DNA from: Octopus sinensis
Taxonomy: Eukaryota
Assembly (NCBI RefSeq): GCF_006345805.1
Contig: NW_021834797.1
Span: 1-45,619, forward strand
Reading direction: 5' to 3'
DNA: 45,619 nt
Below, in pieces: positions 24,159-35,435 of this stretch. Under the pieces are notes generated by a model. That model was not told where the DNA came from and made no database searches. It saw only the letters and a list, made by a program, of their open reading frames with translations. Position numbers and translations under genes: made by a program. Within the stretch, counting starts at the first letter, position 1, and every line of letters starts with the position of its first letter.

Positions 24159-24520
24159 GTGTGGAGGCACAATGGCCCAGTGGCTAGGGAAGCGGACTAG
24201 CGGTCGCAGTTTCGATTACTAGACCGGCTGTTGTTAATGTGTATTGAGCAAAAACACTTAAAAGATCCACGTGGCTCCGGCAGGGGATGGTGGTGACCCC
24301 TGCTGTCCTCTTTTACCACAAATTCCTCTCACTCTTTCTTCCTGTTTCTGTTCTGCCTGTATTTAAAAGGCCAACCTTGTCACACTCTGTCTCACATTGA
24401 ATTTCCCCGAAGACACGTGTCTGTGGAGTGCTTAGCCACTTGCACGTTAATTTCACGAGCAGGCGGTTCAGTTGATCGGATCAACCGGAACCCTCGTCGT
24501 CGTAACCGACGGAGTACCAC
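24159..24520 (+). mobile_element. tRNA-derived SINE family D (tail type 1)
   Basis: GGAGGCACAATGGCCCAGTGG...TTTCGATT head; head and body shared with 35155-35340. Confidence 0.8.
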
Positions 24521-24839
24521 TATGGTAGTCATGTTAAAAAGATACCTATAGACAAATAATAAGAAAAATATACTAAAAATTACAACATTTAAAACCGAAA
24601 TGTTGCAGCAATGCACTTTGAATTCCGGTTTTCTAAATATTGAGAAATACCATATAATGCCTAAGTTTTATGTCCGTTATATTATTTCTCGTTCTCTACT
24701 CTCTCTATATATACCTGTGTGTGTGTGTGTGCGTGTGTGTGTGTGTGTGTGCATGTGTACACTTGCGTACAAACACACACACGGATAGGCAGATAGACTG
24801 GCAGATAAGACAAAGATCCTGACCATTTTAAATAGTTTC

Positions 24840-25058
24840 ATAGGGCTTATTACCCGGTTTCAGTGACGTATATATTTCTCACCTGGATGGGACGCTGGAA
24901 CGTCGCAGAATTACTCATTTTTCTTCCCTCAATGATTGGAGCAAGGTGATGTGGAGAGTTTTGCTTAAAAGCACAAGGCGTCACTCGGTCCAGGAATCGA
25001 AATCACAATCAAACGATAAATCTTGCGAGTCCAACACCCGAATCAGTAAATCACGCTC
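24840..25058 (-). mobile_element. Decayed SINE with a C-like head
   Basis: TGGAGCAAGGTG...TTTTGCTTAAAAGCACAAGGCGTCACTCGGTCCAGGAATCGAAATC resembles the family-C reverse head. Confidence 0.55.
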
Positions 25059-25113
25059 ATGCATACATACACACACACACACACACATATGCATATATAT
25101 GTGTGTGTATATA

Positions 25114-25178
<65 letters not shown>

Positions 25179-25220
25179 AATATGTATATAGAGATATGCT
25201 AGTGTGTGTGTATATATATA

Positions 25221-25521
25221 CGAGCAAAATGCTCCCTATCCAATAGACCGTGCTGAGTTGTCAAACATTTAAACACGTGCATTTTTCTCGCGTACACGTA
25301 GTATCGATCGCAACAGCTGATGTACTTGCGCGTACAAATGCACGTTCCCACAGCTTTATCGATCGCATTCTCACCTGGAATCGATTTTTGTAATTTTGTC
25401 AAGAGTTATACACGCCCTGATACCGTCGGTATCTACATATCAAGTTTGAGCGCAATCGGATGGAGGATGCCCAAGATCCTAGATGACACACACAGAGACA
25501 GAACGGATTTTATATAATAGA
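25221..25521 (-). mobile_element. Helitron family H, copy 3 (shorter, different internal segment)
   Basis: Same A|TC and CTCG|T termini and a conserved ATCGATCGCATTCTCACCTGG...GAACGGATTTTATATAATAGAT block. Confidence 0.8.
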
Positions 25522-25665
25522 TATATGTATATATGTATATATATATCTACATATATATAGACAGATAGATAAATAGATAAATATATTTATGTGTGTATAT
25601 ATATATGTATATATATGTATATATGTATATATATATATATGTATATATATACATATATGTTTATG

Positions 25666-25870
25666 TGATCTCTTGAGCACCACCAGCAAAGAAATTTTTT
25701 TCCTCTGTCTTCCCTTCTCGGGATCTTTCCTTCTCCTTTGTTTCCGACGAAGAGCTCCGCTCGAAACGTTAAACCCTCCTTCCCTTCTTTCCTGAGCGTC
25801 AAATAATACTTTAATTGTTCCACGTCCTCGCGTTGCTGTATTTTTTTCTGTGTTTTCTGTTTGGATTAAC
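25666..25870 (+). mobile_element. Short non-autonomous HHR-bearing element (family P2), copy 1
   Basis: Near-identical to the reverse complement of 37058-37274; the 3' end TTGGATTAAC abuts (TA)n. Confidence 0.8.
25740..25774 (+). ncRNA. Minimal hammerhead variant (P2, CCGACGA core)
   Basis: Stem I GTTT/AAAC; core CCGACGA plus A; stem II GAGC/GCTC with a TCC loop; GAAAC-GTT. Confidence 0.6.
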
Positions 25871-25884
25871 TTTATATATATATA

Positions 25885-25900
25885 TAGATAGATAGATAGT

Positions 25901-25996
<96 letters not shown>

Positions 25997-26012
25997 CAAA
26001 TAGGCAAATAAT

Positions 26013-26044
<32 letters not shown>

Positions 26045-26065
26045 ATAATATATATATATATGCAG
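25885..26065. repeat. (GATA)n plus (TA)n microsatellites
   Basis: Directly visible. Confidence 0.96.
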
Positions 26066-26793
26066 AGAGAGACAGAGAGAGGGAAAGGGAGAAATATCTA
26101 CATCTATACGTAACTATATGTATATGTGTGTTTGTGTATGTATGCGCGGATGTACGAATACAGCTACAAACACAAAAGGGGACAAACAATCTATTAAAAG
26201 TATATTTCACGGCAACAAAGTTTGGGGTGGGGCACAGCTTTGAATTGTTCCACGGTAGCGAGACACGACCATTCCAAACTAATTTACTTCTATTCATTAT
26301 TTAAGTTTAGATTTTTCAGTTTCTTTAAATATATATATATATATATAAACAGCACAGAACGCCATCCCACTTCCTCGTCGTGGACGTGAAGCCTTTTACG
26401 TAAGTACGAATGGCGATAACTGACGAAAAGTCATCTCTGAATACTAATTAAATTTGCGTTGCATGCAATCTACTTTCTAGTGGATTTGTATAGTAAAATC
26501 TCAACGTCGAGACAGAATGATGGAAGAGAGGCAAATAGTAATCTATGGGGCGGGAGTTTGTGTCCACTCACGTCTGCAAATTAAAGATAAAGAAAACAGT
26601 AACGTTAGCTGTATACAAAATTGTTAGCAAAGGTCATGGAGGTTAAAACACCACACGACTTAAAAGGGCTAATTATATGACAATCGTCAATTCTTTGATG
26701 TATATCCGTGTGAGGGTTTATGAGTGAGACAGATTGTATGCTTGTATCTGTTGCATCAGTGTATGTCTAATGTGTGCGCGTATATATATGTAA

Positions 26794-26839
<46 letters not shown>

Positions 26840-26944
26840 ATATATATATATTATATTATAATATATATATATATAGATAGATACATATATATATATATGT
26901 ATATGTATATATAGATATGTATATATTATATATATATATATATT

Positions 26945-27085
26945 CTGTGTATCTTTCTGTTGAAGAGCGTAGGCTCGAAACGTTAAAGACTTGTTTTATT
27001 ATATTTCCTGAGCGCCATACTAATACAATTGTTCGTTTGTCTTCCACCTGCCTTCGTCTTTTGTTTATTTTCATAAGCTTCCCGT
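26945..27085 (+). mobile_element. Short HHR-bearing element (family P3) embedded in (TA)n
   Basis: A ~140-bp unique island between long (TA)n tracts. It carries an HHR-like motif and TTTCCTGAGCG, also seen in P2. Confidence 0.65.
26952..26989 (+). ncRNA. Minimal hammerhead variant (P3, CTGTTGA core)
   Basis: Stem I TCTTT/AAAGA; core CTGTTGA plus A; stem II GAGC/GCTC with a GTAG loop; GAAAC-GTT. Confidence 0.55.
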
Positions 27086-27172
27086 TATATATATATATAT
27101 ATATATGTATAATAGAACATATACTATATATATGTATGTTATTAGATATATGTAATATATGTATATTTATAA

Positions 27173-27240
<68 letters not shown>

Positions 27241-27283
27241 ATATACACATTTGATACGTATAAAGAAATATATACACAGACAG

Positions 27284-27354
<71 letters not shown>

Positions 27355-27964
27355 CATATGTATATATGTACCATTATGTATGAGTGCATTGCTGTCTGTA
27401 TGAGCTGTTTTCCTAAGTTCGTGTTTGTTAGTTTGTGTGTGTATGTGTATGTGTGTGTATGTATCTTCTCATTTGCACATCACTATTATTAGAGGAATTT
27501 AATCGTAAATTCCGTTGGTCACTCCCTTGAGTGCTGAGATACTTATATTAATGAGAATATAACAGGATATTAGATGGCTGCTTGGTAGTTATCTTCCGCA
27601 ATGTATCTCATTAATTTGGAGTGCAATTAGATGACGGCTTATTTCGTCAGAGAGTAATTCTAATATGATGTCACAGCAGATGAAGATTGCAAAAAAAAAA
27701 AAACGTACCAAAATGAGGAGACTAAGAGCAGAAAAATCAACTCATCTTTGGTTGTTGGTGTCAAAAAAAGGCGATGTAGCTGGACTAACAATGTAAATTT
27801 ATATTTTGAGATATTTGCAGAGCCCAGTCGACAGGACTTTAGCCGAAGTGTCCAACGGTCCAGGGTTCGAATATTAGCTATTGCTGAAGGGGATTAGCTA
27901 TAGCAAAGGTACTTAATTGATATCAGTCTATAAACTTTACCCTCTCTCCCTCTCAAAACATACC

Positions 27965-28233
27965 GATATATATATATATATACGTATATACACACACATA
28001 TATACCTATATATATATAATATATATATATGTGTGTGTGTGTGTATACCTATATATATTTATATATATATGTATATAAATGTATATATATGTATATAAAT
28101 ATATATATATGTATGTATATATGTATATATGTATATATATATATGTATATATAATATATATTATATATGTACGTATGTAATGTATATTACTATATGTATA
28201 TGTATCTGTATGTGTGAATGTATGTATGCATGC

Positions 28234-28316
<83 letters not shown>

Positions 28317-28440
28317 TGCATAAACACGCATATATATTCATACGTACATACATCTACACGTATATCAACATACAAATGTGTTTATGTGTGTTTGTTGTTT
28401 GCATGTGTATGTGTGTATGTATGTATGTATGTGTGCGTGC
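27965..28440. repeat. (TA)n/(TG)n/(TATG)n microsatellite block
   Basis: Directly visible. Confidence 0.95.
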
Positions 28441-29044
28441 GCGTATCAGTGTGCAGCCTCTGAGCAATTAATGCTTAATTGATGAATTAGAATTTTTGAG
28501 TTCAAATGAAATATATAGCTATGATAGCAATGTTCAAAAAGATATATTTCGTTTTATGAATTCTATACGCACGGCCCTGTCTATTCCTATTCTCTGTCGA
28601 CTGGGCTAGTTTCTTATGTGAAGGCCTGCAAATATATATGCGTGTCTATTCCTATTTTAAATATTACTAAATGCGAAAAAGAAACCAATGTCAAACACAC
28701 ATCTGTTTAATATTTGTATACTGCGGTTGGACGTGGTACTCGCTATTTTTACTGAAGTAACATCTGTAATGGACCTGCTGCGCTTGATGCACAATAAATA
28801 TGGGAAAACAAAAATTAAACCCAGTTTACGGCCAGCGAAAACACCCGGTACCTTTTGACATTTTGGGCTTCTTTTTTTTTCCCCCACCAACTTACTTACC
28901 AGTAAATCTCGATGTCAATCTTGAGAGAGTAAAACTGCGATGAAATGGACGAGTTCCGCTCATTACCATTCCGTCATATTAACTAATGCTTGTTTCCTTT
29001 TTTTCAAGTCATTTACCAATTCCAGAGAGAATTTTCTGTCATTT

Positions 29045-29121
<77 letters not shown>

Positions 29122-29595
29122 TTAACTATGTTAGCACTCATTAAAATATATGATTCTGATACTCGTGTATTTATAATTACTTAGTGTATATTTATTCATG
29201 AAAGCAAAATAGAAGAAGTAGAAAGGAAAAGACGCAGTGGTAGAAGGCACTTTATCAAGTTTTAACGCAAAAAGACGGATAAGACCTGAAACAACGTGAT
29301 TGTGATACGAACATCTTATGTACACGATATTACGGACTTCTCTAAAGCTAAAAATGCAACAGCGTTACCGTTCTACGTTGACACTGGCGTGAATATTAAA
29401 GGTATCAATACAAATATTGTTTCGCATAGATAACAGTGCATTAATTGTTGGCCCGATATCCTTTTATCCGTTTATTCTTTCACTTATTTCATTCATCTGA
29501 CTGCGGCCGTGCTGGAGCACTGCGTTCATAGAAAATATGTAGAAATTATTTCAATTGTGTCCACGATGCCTTCCTAAAGCGGAAAAATATATAGA

Positions 29596-29795
29596 GAGTA
29601 AGTCGTTAGCGCGCCGGGCAAAGTATTTAGCGAGATTTCGTCCATCTTTACGTTCTGAGTTCAAATTCTGCCGAGGTCGATTTTGCCTTTCGTCCTTTCG
29701 GTGTCAATAAATTAAGAACCAGTGAAATACTGCCGTCGATGTAATCGTATGTCCACTGGCCCAAAATTTCAAGCTATTTGCCTATAGTTGAAAGG

Positions 29796-29843
<48 letters not shown>
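29596..29843 (+). mobile_element. SINE-B-related copy with an (ATT)n tail
   Basis: GAGTTCAAATTCTGCCGAGGTCGATTTTGCCTTTCGTCCTTTCGG core. Confidence 0.8.
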
Positions 29844-29849
29844 GAGACA

Positions 29850-30410
29850 GCATTGAATGCCACAAGAGTGACATTGGGATTAAATATGCGAAGCCCAATA
29901 TACCCATCATTACTACCCGTCTGATAAGGTTACACTCGGCACATGCATCACAACCATATGTTCGTTACATGGTGATCTTATATCAAGTTAAACAGCGCAT
30001 GAACTTGCAGGTGGGACCCAGTTACAATTTTCTTCAGCTTGACCCCCCCCCCGCTCAAAATGTCCTTGAATAAGGTTTGTTTAAGGATGTGGAACGAAAC
30101 ACCCATGCTTCCAGAGGTGAATTATTCAAACTCCAAAAATTCTTTTCAAAACATGGTTAACATTCTGCCCCACTACTTCTGATCATGATCAGAGATGCAC
30201 ATATCGTCAGCCACGAAGAGACAAGGTCAACTGGTGAAGGTCAAACAACTGACAAACTAATCTATGTTACTGAGCAGAACACTTGCAGTAGCTCATCTTT
30301 TATACCAAGACAGGACAATGTACATGATAACACTTCCAATCAGTTAAGATCAACAGTCATGCGAGCCACTCACTGGTACTACATCAGGGCATTCAGAAGC
30401 CATGAGAGCC
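29850..30410. repeat. Unclassified interspersed repeat (recalled as an abundant octopus-type repeat)
   Basis: Sequence recall only; no second copy in this window. Confidence 0.35.
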
Positions 30411-30454
30411 ACTTACTATTACAATTACTATTATTATTATTATTATTATTATTT

Positions 30455-30635
30455 GTTAACACGCCCGGTAAATGCTTGGCGGCATTTCGTCTGTCTTTAC
30501 GTTGTGAGTTCAAATTCCTCCAAGGTCGACTTAGCCTTTCATAATTACGGGATGGACAAACTAAATACTAGATAAATACTGGGAGTCGATGTAACTGAAA
30601 TTGCTAGCCTTGTACCAAAATTCGAAACCAATATT
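30455..30635 (+). mobile_element. 5'-truncated SINE-B-related copy
   Basis: GGCATTTCGTCTGTCTTTACGTTGTGAGTTCAAATTCC, with tail CCAAAATTCGAAACCAAT. Confidence 0.75.
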
Positions 30636-30888
30636 TAAGAAGAACATGTAGCTGATAATGAATGAAAGATGAACTTCTAACTAACTATAGCATTATAACT
30701 AATTAAATCGACAGTAGCGAGTAATAAATTGTTAATATATTGGACATCACACACGAAGTTTTCCTTGGCATTATTGAATATGAAAACCTTTGTTTAGATG
30801 AGCATTGAAATAAAGGAGATGCAACTTGCAGGTTGTATTGCAATCAGGATTTGTAAATATGTATTTTTGTCTCTCTCTTGTCCTTTCT

Positions 30889-31299
30889 TATTTCTTTATT
30901 GCACACAAGGGGCCAAATATAGAGGGGACAAACAAGGACAGACAAAGGGATTAAGTCGATTGCATCGACTCCAGTGCGTAACTGGTACTTATTTAACCGA
31001 CCCCAAAAGGATGAAAGGCAAAGTCGACCTCGGCGAAATTTCAACTCACAACGTAACGGCAGACGAAATACCTATTTCTTTACTACCCACAAGGGGTTAA
31101 ACATAGAGGGGACAAACACGGACAGACAAACGGATTAAGTCGATTACATCGACCCCAGTGCGTAACTGGTACTTAATCGATCCCGAAACGATGAAATCGA
31201 AGTCGACTTCGGCGGAATTTGAACTCAGAACGTAGCGGCAGAAGAAAACCTGCTAAGCATTTCGCCCGGCGTGCTAACGTTTCTGCCAGCTCGCCGCCT
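30889..31299 (-). mobile_element. SINE-B dimer sharing a single head
   Basis: Junction GGCAGACGAAATA|CCTATTTCTTT at ~31070. Confidence 0.9.
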
Positions 31300-31392
31300 T
31301 CTCTCTTGTCCTCTCTGTCGCTGTCTCTCCCCCAGACTTCGTGAAAATGTACTATACAATATATCATTTCTAATTGGCATACATCTATATAT

Positions 31393-31470
31393 GTGAAGGC
31401 GGGTGGCCTTGTGGTTAAGCTGCTGCGCCTACAAATTGCTAGGTCGTTGGTTCGATTCGCACACCGGGTA
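31393..31470 (+). mobile_element. Isolated tRNA-like SINE head
   Basis: GTGGCCTTGTGGTTAAG (A box) and GGTTCGATTCG (B box); no proper acceptor stem. Confidence 0.55.
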
Positions 31471-31771
31471 GCATATTTCTTTTTTAAGTCCAGATATTGT
31501 CTTAAGTTTTGTGACGATGATACAAGTCTTAAGAGGCCTTTGGCACTTTCGATTTTCATGTGACTTCATATAATTCACATATCCTGCTTTTGACAACAGA
31601 ACACGATCACATAATACAATATTCAATGTTGATTTCACTTCGTTTCAAAGGCCAAGGACATGCTGTAGCACCACATTGTAGAGTTTATGTGTGTGTGTGT
31701 GTGTGTGTCTTCGTGTATGTTGAGTTTGTGCCCCGCCATCACCGTTTTAAAGTCTTATATCTTATATAATT

Positions 31772-32295
31772 TACTTGCTTCAGTCATTAGACCCAGGCCA
31801 GGCTAGGGCACCGCCTTTGAAATATTTTTAGTGGAATGAATCCCGACCAGTACTTATCTTTTTGAAGGCCTGGTGTTTATTCTATCGTCTCGTTGGCCGA
31901 ACCACTAAGTTAATGGGACATTAACACACCAACACCGGCTGTAAAGCGTCTGCTAGTCTGCTTCATCGAACTCTCTTTAAGCACTTACCACTCCTTATAT
32001 GATGGATTTGGTGGACAGAAACTGGAAGAAGTCCGACATTTATGTGTATGTGTGTATGTGTGTGTGAGAGAGAGAGAGAGAGTGTGTGTGTATGTGTTCG
32101 TGTCTGTTGTGTTTGTGTTTGTTATTGGGATGTTTACATCCCTAAAATATAGCGGTTTTGCAAAAGAACCGATAGAATATGTACCAAGCTTAACGAAAGA
32201 TATATACTAGAGTCGATTCATTTGAGTGAAAACACTTCAATGTAGTGCCACAGCATGTCCCCGGGCTAATGACTGATATATGCAAAAGATATTAA
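31772..32295. mobile_element. Two old SINE-A fragments in opposite orientation
   Basis: Minus-strand tail half at ~31772-31950 and plus-strand body and tail at ~32005-32295. Confidence 0.65.
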
Positions 32296-32470
32296 AGATG
32301 ACAATTATATATACACAGCAATAATAGCGTATAAGAATATGTCGTAACTTTTGTCTGTGTCCATGAGTGCGCTTCGGTTTCTCAATGACTAACTATTAAG
32401 GTTTACATCGCGCATGAATGGACATAGTTTATCCACATAGAAGTGTATATGTTTGTGTGCAATGGTAAAT

Positions 32471-32516
<46 letters not shown>

Positions 32517-32741
32517 TCCAGCTGATTGGGTGTATAATTTGACAGTCCATATATGTAAGAATATCAAAGTGTAAGTGTATGCCAGATTATGAGAGTAGTA
32601 GAATTTTTGTTTTATACATCCATATAGTCTCTTCCATTAATACAAACGAACAGTTACATAGGTGCGTTATACAAATGGACAAGGATATACATACACATAC
32701 TATTTATATATGCATACATACATTCATATATATATATATAT

Positions 32742-33142
32742 CGGTATGGAAATACAAGTCAGCTTACATATATACTAACAAATTATAGAGCCAAACAAAG
32801 GTTCGCTGTTATTAAAAACATCTATATGTAAATAGCTTTATGTATGTCTATAGATATATACATATATACATACATATACATATATACACACATACACACT
32901 CATACATATATACATATAGGTATAATACATATATTCATATATATATATATCGGTATGGAAATACAAGTCAGCTTACATATATACTAACAAATTATAGAGC
33001 CAAACAAAGGTTCGCTGTTATTAAAAACATCTATATGTAAATAGCTTTATGTATGTCTATAGATATATACATATATACATACATATACATATATACACAC
33101 ATACACACTCATACATATATACATATAGGTATAATACATATA

Positions 33143-33159
<17 letters not shown>
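32742..33159. repeat. Perfect 209-bp tandem duplication
   Basis: CGGTATGGAAATACAAGTC starts at 32742 and 32951; the copies look identical by eye. Confidence 0.95.
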
Positions 33160-33181
<22 letters not shown>

Positions 33182-33369
33182 GTTTACACATTTATGTTTT
33201 CATGTATATCTGAATATATATATATGCACAGAAATCCACCCACCTATATACATATATATGCATGTTTGTATATTTATATGTAAATGTACTTAATGTATGC
33301 ATGCATATATATGTATATATAAGTACATGCTTATATATACACATTCATATTTATTTATTTATGTATGTA

Positions 33370-33418
<49 letters not shown>

Positions 33419-34179
33419 CTTACATACATATATAATGCTTGCAAACATACATACGTATATATCTATACTTATTCGGAGAGAGAAAAGAGAGGGAAGGAAA
33501 AAAGAGAGAAAGAACGAACGCGTATTCGTGCCTCGCCTCTTATTTAATTATTTCCTTCAATTTTAGCCCGAAGCTACAAGGAGAAGTAAAATTAACAACA
33601 TTAACTTTATCCAATTTCTTTCCTCCGAATCATCATTTCTTGGTCAACTAAATGTGAACGGATGCAACTTAGCAAACCTAAAATGGTTGTATTTTTGCGC
33701 GTTTTCCCCTCAAGGAAACTGCAAGTTATTAAACTCACAGCGTTCTGCAGATATGCTTGTACGTATGAAAATATACATTTAGATGTATATATTTATATGA
33801 TGTATGTGCTTATGTATCTGTGTGTGTGTGTGGGGGGGGGGGGTATACGTTTATGTATGAATGTATGTACGTACGTATTTTCTATTTTCTTTTATAAAGT
33901 TCTTTGCCAATTGAGAAAGAGCCGGTTTCTAACCAAGAAACAAGGCTCTTTCTTTGGAATTTTGACAACATTTATGTGACAGCCATATACCCACACACAA
34001 AAATGCACACACGTTAATTCACACACACATATATATATACAAACACAAGCATCACATTAACGTGAAATTCCAAAGAATGTGTTTTTCATCTGGTTTAGAA
34101 ACTGGCTTACTCAACTGGCTAAAAAATATATGTACATACTGAATATATATCAACATATACATAAACAAACACATACAGG

Positions 34180-34214
<35 letters not shown>

Positions 34215-34500
34215 CTGTTTGTATGTGTGTGTGTGTGTGTGTGTGTTTGTGTGTGTGTATGTTTGTATCAGAAAACCTATGTATGCAAACATACATAATA
34301 TGGCGTCGTGTGTGGATCTTCACGTATTTGCACTATATATATATATTTCTATATTTTATGCATTTCTGGATGCGTTGCACACTTCCATATTTCGTATTGA
34401 CTGACGATGAGAGACTTTGTTACATAACTGTATACCCTAATAATAATGCTTACGATTCTTAAGTTATTAACTGAGTGGTGATAGTGTAAGTTACTCACTA

Positions 34501-34662
34501 GGCGCAGGAGTGGCTGCGTGGTACGTAGCTTGCTTACTAACCACATAGTTCCAGGTTCAGTCCCACACCGTGGAACCGTAGGTAAGTGTCTTCTACCTAA
34601 GCCTCCGGCCGACTAAAGTCTTGTGAGTGGATTTAGTAGACAGAAACTAAAAGAAGCCCGTC

Positions 34663-34665
<3 letters not shown>
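34501..34665 (+). mobile_element. SINE family A 5' half ending at its internal (TA)n
   Basis: GGCGCAGGAGTGGCTG head through GAAGCCCGTCGTA. Confidence 0.9.
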
Positions 34666-34700
<35 letters not shown>

Positions 34701-35154
34701 GATGGGCTAATTGCATAGAAATATTCACATACAGAAAGAGAGAGAGAGAGAGACAGACAGACAGAGAGTGCACGGGATTTATTACAATTTATTAATTGAA
34801 CTCGAGTGACATAAACTCTTTCCCTCTCTTTACACACATAAGTAGCAATATGCTAACAACATAAGTACAGAGAATGAGAAAGAATAAAGGAGCATGGGGC
34901 AGAAGATGAGAAGCCTTAAAATGTCTTAAAAGGCAGCGTCGAAGCAGTGACGTCAAATGAGCAGTACCATAACAGATGTCCCAATACATTTCCGTCTGCC
35001 GATTAGCAGAAAAGTCCTTTCACCAGATGTCCTCTTGACGTAGAACTGTTAAGTTTCTATAAAATGAATGAGACGCTAAGATTTAAGATAAAAAAAAACC
35101 TCGAAATTTAAACCAAATAAACTGATTAACTTTTTCGTTTGACGCCAAATATTT

Positions 35155-35435
35155 GTGTGTGGAGGCGCAATGGTCCAATGGTTAGGACAGCGGACTCGCG
35201 GTCGGAGGATCGTAGTTTCGATTCCCAGACCGCGCGTTGTGTGTGTTTATTGAGCGAAAACACCTCCACGGCGCTCCGGCAGAGGGTGGTGGCGACCCCT
35301 GTTGTACTCTTTCGCCACAACTTTCTCTAACTCTCTCTTCCTGTTTCTTGAGTAACGCTGCGATGGACTGGCGTCCAGTCCAGCTGTGGGGAACACATAC
35401 GCCACAGAAACCGGGAAACCGGGCCCATGAGCCTG
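35155..35435 (+). mobile_element. SINE family D (tail type 2)
   Basis: GGAGGCGCAATGGTCCAATGG...TTTCGATTCCC head, then GATGGACTGGCGTCCAGTCC...AGAAACCGGGAAACCGGGCCCATGAGCCTG tail. Confidence 0.82.

Noticed and set aside
26470-26573. BTB-like peptide VSGHKLPPHRLLFAS on the minus strand
   Set aside because: The similarity covers only a few residues and the frame stops ~34 codons later; kept only as part of a low-confidence exon note.
31393-31470. tRNA gene
   Set aside because: A/B boxes are present, but the acceptor and anticodon stems do not pair; it is a SINE head. The same applies to the other tRNA-like heads.
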